Shown: piece by piece, positions 59,669 to 64,000 of the stretch | Position numbering within the stretch: the first letter of the stretch is position 1 | How the letters are laid out: each line of letters starts with the position of its first letter | Assembly (NCBI GenBank): GCA_024408085.1 | Contig: JAKSVH010000004.1 | Coordinates: forward strand, 27,676-91,675 | Direction of reading: 5' to 3' | DNA: 64,000 nt | Source: Bacilli bacterium | Lineage (GTDB): Bacteria > Bacillota_I > Bacilli_A > RFN20 > CAG-826 | The notes under the pieces: generated by a model | The model's input: the letters and a program-made list of their open reading frames with translations, nothing else | Databases searched by the model: none | Told to the model about the DNA's origin: nothing | Translations under genes and position numbers: made by a program

Positions 59669-59695
59669 TAGAGAGTACTTTGTACTCTCTTTTTT
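59669..59695 (+). terminator. Rho-independent terminator after PFOR
   Basis: agagagtac-ttt-gtactctct followed by a T run. Confidence 0.85.
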
Positions 59696-59743
59696 ATTTT
59701 GTCGTAATGATTAAAAATAGTGCGACAATTTGTCATATTGTTG

Positions 59744-59772
59744 TTGAAATGATGCGACATATTTAGTATAAT
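59744..59772 (+). promoter_or_regulatory. sigma-A promoter of the toxin-antitoxin operon
   Basis: TTGAAA-17 nt-TATAAT, 6 nt before ATG 59779. Confidence 0.75.
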
Positions 59773-59778
59773 ATAGAC

Positions 59779-60273
59779 ATGAATCAATTAAGTTTACTAC
59801 GTAACGAGTTAGGAATTTCTCAAACCCAAGCTGCTGAAACTCTTGGTGTTTCTTTGAGAACCTACCAACGTTATGAAAAGAAGGATGAGATTTCTGAAGT
59901 AAAACTAAATACTTATAAGGTTGTTTTGACGGACAAGTTTGGTATTACAGAGGAAAAAGGATTGCTTACTATTTCCGGGATTCGTAGTGTGGTGGTGCCT
60001 ATTCTCATTAAACATAAAATTGATTTGTGCATATTGTTTGGAAGTTATGCAAAAGGGAAAGCAACCGAAAAAAGTGATGTCGATATATTAGTAAAAACTA
60101 ATATCACTGGTTTGAAGTTCTTTGGAGTCGTGGAAGAACTTAGAGTTGCACTTCATAAAAAAGTTGACCTTATAACAACCGAACAATTAGTAACATCTCA
60201 AGACCTTCTCGAAGAAATATTAAAGGACGGTATTAAGATTTATGATCAATCCCAAAGACAGGAGGCACATTGA
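59779..60273 (+). CDS. XRE-HTH fused MntA-type minimal nucleotidyltransferase antitoxin
   Basis: HTH LRNELGISQTQAAETLGVSLRTYQRYE; FGS-x10-DVD; KKVDL. Confidence 0.88.
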   Translation: MNQLSLLRNELGISQTQAAETLGVSLRTYQRYEKKDEISEVKLNTYKVVLTDKFGITEEKGLLTISGIRSVVVPILIKHKIDLCILFGSYAKGKATEKSDVDILVKTNITGLKFFGVVEELRVALHKKVDLITTEQLVTSQDLLEEILKDGIKIYDQSQRQEAH

Positions 60274-60583
60274 GTACATGTTAATATCAATCAATCGTTT
60301 ACTTGAGTGTAAACAAAAGTATTCGGTTGAAGAGGCAGCAAATGATTACATGGTGTTTGATGTCATATTAATGGAATTTGAGAATTTAGCTAATTATTCA
60401 TTAAGACTTTCTGAAGAAACAATTAGGCTTTATCCTGAAATTGCAATCAATGAGCTTCGAGCAATTCGTAACAGAATTGCACACGATTACTTGTCAGTTC
60501 AGATCAAAACTCTATATGATACGATGGAAGAAGATTTTCCAGAGTTGAAAAGAAAGTTAGAAGAATTGATTAAGTTGAATTAG
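60242..60583 (+). CDS. HepT-like HEPN (DUF86) RNase toxin
   Basis: RNRIAHDY matches R-x4-H-x-Y; 113 aa; overlaps the MNT gene. Confidence 0.88.
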   Translation: MINPKDRRHIEYMLISINRLLECKQKYSVEEAANDYMVFDVILMEFENLANYSLRLSEETIRLYPEIAINELRAIRNRIAHDYLSVQIKTLYDTMEEDFPELKRKLEELIKLN

Positions 60584-60607
60584 AGAGTGATATTCACTCT
60601 CTTTTTT
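60581..60607 (+). terminator. Rho-independent terminator after the HEPN gene
   Basis: agagagtga-tat-tcactctct followed by a T run. Confidence 0.85.
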
Positions 60608-60694
60608 CATCTATGATGAAAAGCATTTACCTATATATCATATAGTAATGAAATTATTAATAATTTAGTTTCAATATGCTAAAATCTATGCACT

Positions 60695-63526
60695 ATGGAA
60701 AACAAAAAGATTGTTATTAAGGGTGCTAGAGAGAATAACTTAAAGAATATCGATTTAGAAATTCCTAAGTATTCTTTAACCGTTTTTACTGGACTTTCTG
60801 GTTCAGGTAAAACTACTTTAGCATTCGATACAATTTTTAATGAAGGTCAAAGAAGATTCGTTGAGTCACTTTCAAGCTATGCTAGACAGTTCCTTGGCGG
60901 AATGGAAAAACCAGATGTCGATAATATCGAAGGTCTTTCTCCAGCAATCTCTATTGACCAAAAAACTACATCACATAACCCAAGATCTACCGTAGGTACA
61001 GTTACTGAGATTTATGATTATCTCAGACTTTTATTCGCGCGTGTAGGTGTACCTTATTGCCCTGAACACAATCAACCAATTGTGGCATTTTCAGTTTCAA
61101 AAATGGCAGACATTGCTGTGCAATATGAAGAAGGAACCAAACTTCAAATTCTTTCTCCAGTTGCTCATAATGAAAAGGGAACACATAAAGATTTACTCGC
61201 AAAGATTCTTTCCAATGGTTTTGAAAGAGTTAGAGTTGATGGAGTTTTAACTAGAGTTCCTGAAGTGGAAAACTTAGATAAAAACAAACGCCACAACATC
61301 GAAATTGTTGTCGATAGAATCGTTGTTAAGCCAGACCAAAGAAGTAGAATAGCTGAGGCTATTGAACTTGCATGTGACTGGTCTAAAGGATACTGCGTTT
61401 TCTTAACCGAAAAAGAAGAGAGACTATTCTCTCAACATCATAGCTGTCCAATCTGCGGTTTCTCTGTTCCAAAACTAGAGCCAAGACTTTTCTCATTTAA
61501 TGCTCCTTTAGGATGCTGTCCAGATTGTAAAGGTGTTGGAGTTAAACGTGAAGTTGATATGGACATTATGGTTCCAGATCCAACTAAGTCAATTAACCAA
61601 GGCGCTATTAGATGGTATAAGAACATTATTGGTTCTAAAAACATCGAGTGGCAAGAGTTCGCTTACTTATGTAAGCAATACAAAGTCGACATGGACAAAC
61701 CATGGAACGAGTTATCACAAAAAGAACGCGACATTTGTACTTATGGTTCTGACAAGCCATTCAAATATGAGATCACTTCCGTAAACGGAAACGTAATGCA
61801 TAGAGAAGGGTTCATTGAAGGTATTAAGACAAGAGTCGAAAGACTTTACAATGAAACTGGCTCAGAAATGATGAGAGAATTTTATGAATTCTATATGAGA
61901 GACCACGAGTGTTCAACTTGTCATGGCGCTAGACTTTCTCCTCAAGCATTATCAGTTAAAGTCGCAGGCTTAAATATTTACGAAGTTACATGTCTCTCAA
62001 TTGAGGAATTACTTAAATATATCGATGAATTACCAGGCAAATTAAATAAAACTGAGTATGAAATTGCCAAAATGATTATTAACGAAATTCATAATAGAGT
62101 TTCATTCTTAAACAATGTTGGACTTGGTTATTTGACTTTGTCAAGAACTGCCATGACTCTTTCTGGTGGTGAAGCTCAACGTATTAGACTTGCAACTCAA
62201 ATTGGTTCAAGGCTTTCTGGCATTTTATATGTCTTAGATGAGCCATCAATTGGGTTACATCAAAGAGACAATGCTAAACTTATTGCAACAATGAAAGATA
62301 TGGTTTCCTTAGGAAATACTTTAATTGTTGTTGAACACGACGAAGAAACAATGAGATCAGCAGATTACATTGTTGATATTGGTCCAGGACCAGGCGTTCA
62401 TGGTGGTGAAGTTGTTATCGCAGGCACTCCTGAAGAAGTCGCTAAATGCGATAAGTCTATAACTGGACGTTATTTGTCAGGTAAAGAAAAGATTGAAGTT
62501 CCAGTTTCTCGTAGAGAAGGTAACGGAAAAACTTTAGTAGTCAAAGGTGCTGAACAAAATAACTTAAAGAAAATTAATGTTACTTTCCCATTAGGGAAGT
62601 TTATTGCGGTAACAGGTGTTTCAGGTTCAGGAAAGTCTTCCTTAATCAATCAAACACTTTATCCAGCACTTAAGAAACATATTGATGGTACAGATGATCT
62701 TACCATAGGCAAACATAAAGAAATCATTGGCTTAGAGAATATTGATAAGGTAGTTAATATTACTCAAGAACCAATTGGACGCACTCCAAGAAGTAATCCA
62801 GCAACATATGTTGGTGTTTTTGATGACATTCGTGCACTCTTTGCTGAAACAGTTGATGCAAGAGCCAAGGGATTTGATAAAGGTAGATTCTCTTTTAACG
62901 TTCCTGGTGGTCGTTGCGAAAACTGCCAAGGTGCTGGTGTTACACGTATTCCAATGAACTTCCTTCCAGACGTTTATGTTAAGTGCGATGAATGTGGTGG
63001 ACGCCGTTATAATGAAGAAACTCTTGAAGTAACTTATAAAGGCAAAAACATTTATGAAGTTCTTGAGATGACAATCGAAGATGCATGTAAATTCTTTGAA
63101 AATCGCCCGAAAATCCTTCATAAACTCGAAGTTTTGCGCGATGTAGGCTTGGGCTACATTAAGCTCGGCCAACAAGCCACAACCCTTTCTGGTGGTGAAG
63201 CTCAACGTGTTAAACTTGCCGATGAATTACAACGTAGGGCAACCGGAAAATCCGTGTTTATTTTGGATGAACCTACAACTGGTTTGCATAGCGATGATGT
63301 TAAACGACTCATTGCAGTTTTAAATAGAATTGTTGACCATGGAGATACAGTCATTGTTATTGAACATAACCTTGATGTTATCAAAGTGGCTGATCATATT
63401 ATCGATTTAGGACCAGAAGGTGGTAATAGTGGTGGAACCATTATTGCAACCGGAACTCCTGAAGAAGTTGCTAAAGTTGAAAAGTCCTACACAGGACAAT
63501 ACCTAAAAGGTATGTTGAGGAAATAA
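60695..63526 (+). CDS. uvrA: Excinuclease ABC subunit A
   Basis: Motifs GARENNLKN, GLSGSGKT, LSGGEAQR twice, Zn fingers and GVSGSGKS. Confidence 0.98.
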   Translation: MENKKIVIKGARENNLKNIDLEIPKYSLTVFTGLSGSGKTTLAFDTIFNEGQRRFVESLSSYARQFLGGMEKPDVDNIEGLSPAISIDQKTTSHNPRSTVGTVTEIYDYLRLLFARVGVPYCPEHNQPIVAFSVSKMADIAVQYEEGTKLQILSPVAHNEKGTHKDLLAKILSNGFERVRVDGVLTRVPEVENLDKNKRHNIEIVVDRIVVKPDQRSRIAEAIELACDWSKGYCVFLTEKEERLFSQHHSCPICGFSVPKLEPRLFSFNAPLGCCPDCKGVGVKREVDMDIMVPDPTKSINQGAIRWYKNIIGSKNIEWQEFAYLCKQYKVDMDKPWNELSQKERDICTYGSDKPFKYEITSVNGNVMHREGFIEGIKTRVERLYNETGSEMMREFYEFYMRDHECSTCHGARLSPQALSVKVAGLNIYEVTCLSIEELLKYIDELPGKLNKTEYEIAKMIINEIHNRVSFLNNVGLGYLTLSRTAMTLSGGEAQRIRLATQIGSRLSGILYVLDEPSIGLHQRDNAKLIATMKDMVSLGNTLIVVEHDEETMRSADYIVDIGPGPGVHGGEVVIAGTPEEVAKCDKSITGRYLSGKEKIEVPVSRREGNGKTLVVKGAEQNNLKKINVTFPLGKFIAVTGVSGSGKSSLINQTLYPALKKHIDGTDDLTIGKHKEIIGLENIDKVVNITQEPIGRTPRSNPATYVGVFDDIRALFAETVDARAKGFDKGRFSFNVPGGRCENCQGAGVTRIPMNFLPDVYVKCDECGGRRYNEETLEVTYKGKNIYEVLEMTIEDACKFFENRPKILHKLEVLRDVGLGYIKLGQQATTLSGGEAQRVKLADELQRRATGKSVFILDEPTTGLHSDDVKRLIAVLNRIVDHGDTVIVIEHNLDVIKVADHIIDLGPEGGNSGGTIIATGTPEEVAKVEKSYTGQYLKGMLRK

Positions 63527-63528
63527 TT

Positions 63529-64000
63529 ATGGGAATTGCATTACTTATTATCGGCTTAATTCTTGGTGTAGCTTGTTGTGGCTACCTTGTTTTTAGAGTT
63601 CAAAAATTCTGTAAAAGTCATGTTCCAGGTGTTGAACACCCAAAAGTAGAAGGAAACGAAAAGATTTGGCTTATAGGTTTAGTACTTGCTCAAGGTCTTT
63701 TCACAATTATTTCAAGCTATGGAATTATGGGTGTAAAGGGATGGACTTTAAGTGCTGGCGAAAATGTCATGTTAATTTTTGGTTCATACATCTTTGGTAG
63801 TGCATTTGCTTTAGGACTTTCTTCATTCATTTTGTACTACTGGAGACCGGATTTTGATGAAAAACAACGCAAAATCTCAAGGATTTTAACTTTTGTAGCT
63901 ATTCCATTACTTGTTGGTGGACTCATTCTTTTCACTGAAGGATTTGCTCATCATATTCCACTTGGAGAGGCTCTTCCAAACGGCATTTCATTTACTGAAG
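63529..64000 (+). CDS. Multi-pass membrane protein truncated by the window end (possibly an N-terminally extended Lgt)
   Basis: Open frame MGIALLIIGLILGVACC...LPNGISFTE with ~4 TM helices, starting 2 nt after the uvrA stop. Lgt is guessed only from the common uvrA-(hprK)-lgt order. Confidence 0.55.
   Translation, partial: MGIALLIIGLILGVACCGYLVFRVQKFCKSHVPGVEHPKVEGNEKIWLIGLVLAQGLFTIISSYGIMGVKGWTLSAGENVMLIFGSYIFGSAFALGLSSFILYYWRPDFDEKQRKISRILTFVAIPLLVGGLILFTEGFAHHIPLGEALPNGISFTE

Noticed and set aside
54905-60607. Genomic island integrated at tRNA-Lys
   Set aside because: No integrase and no repeat of the tRNA 3' end was seen, and the downstream genes include core PFOR.
1317-63384. Many short antisense or alternate-frame ORFs (e.g. 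16351-16746, 27073-27594, 38846-39340, 42385-42837, 62732-63205)
   Set aside because: They lie within well-supported genes, show no recognisable motifs, and are expected shadows of codon bias.

Overview
64-kb chromosomal window from an AT-rich, anaerobic, Mollicutes-like member of the Bacilli. It uses the standard code (TGA is a stop) but has a Mycoplasma-type L11 N-terminus and an RpoB H526N-equivalent; an RF39/RFN20/Anaeroplasma-like lineage is an inference. Almost everything is on the + strand. In order: a partial Ig-repeat surface protein, smpB, two ECF S-component-like membrane proteins, then a tightly coupled 14-gene operon (4340-20397). That operon looks like a divergent version of the anaerobic purine/uric-acid degradation cluster: MocA, two three-subunit xanthine-dehydrogenase-family enzymes, hydantoinase, SsnA, YgeY and YgeW-like. 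A Cys-less DHOD/ferredoxin protein and two uncharacterised PLP enzymes stand where YgfK and YgeX/DpaL would be expected, and a switch-like RNA structure covers the first start codon. Next come sdaA, cysS-rlmB-sigH-like-mrp-rpmG-secE-nusG, an ArsR/CadA metal efflux pair, rplKAJL, rpoBC, an M6 metalloprotease lipoprotein and the str operon. The window ends with two tandem RDD proteins, a Mollicutes-type ABC importer with an OB-fold-like lipoprotein, tRNA-Lys(CTT), a P-loop kinase, a truncated Rex-like regulator, PFOR, an XRE-MNT/HEPN toxin-antitoxin pair, uvrA and a partial membrane protein. No CRISPR array, rRNA, transposase or prophage was seen. All assignments come from reading motifs by eye; no searches were run.
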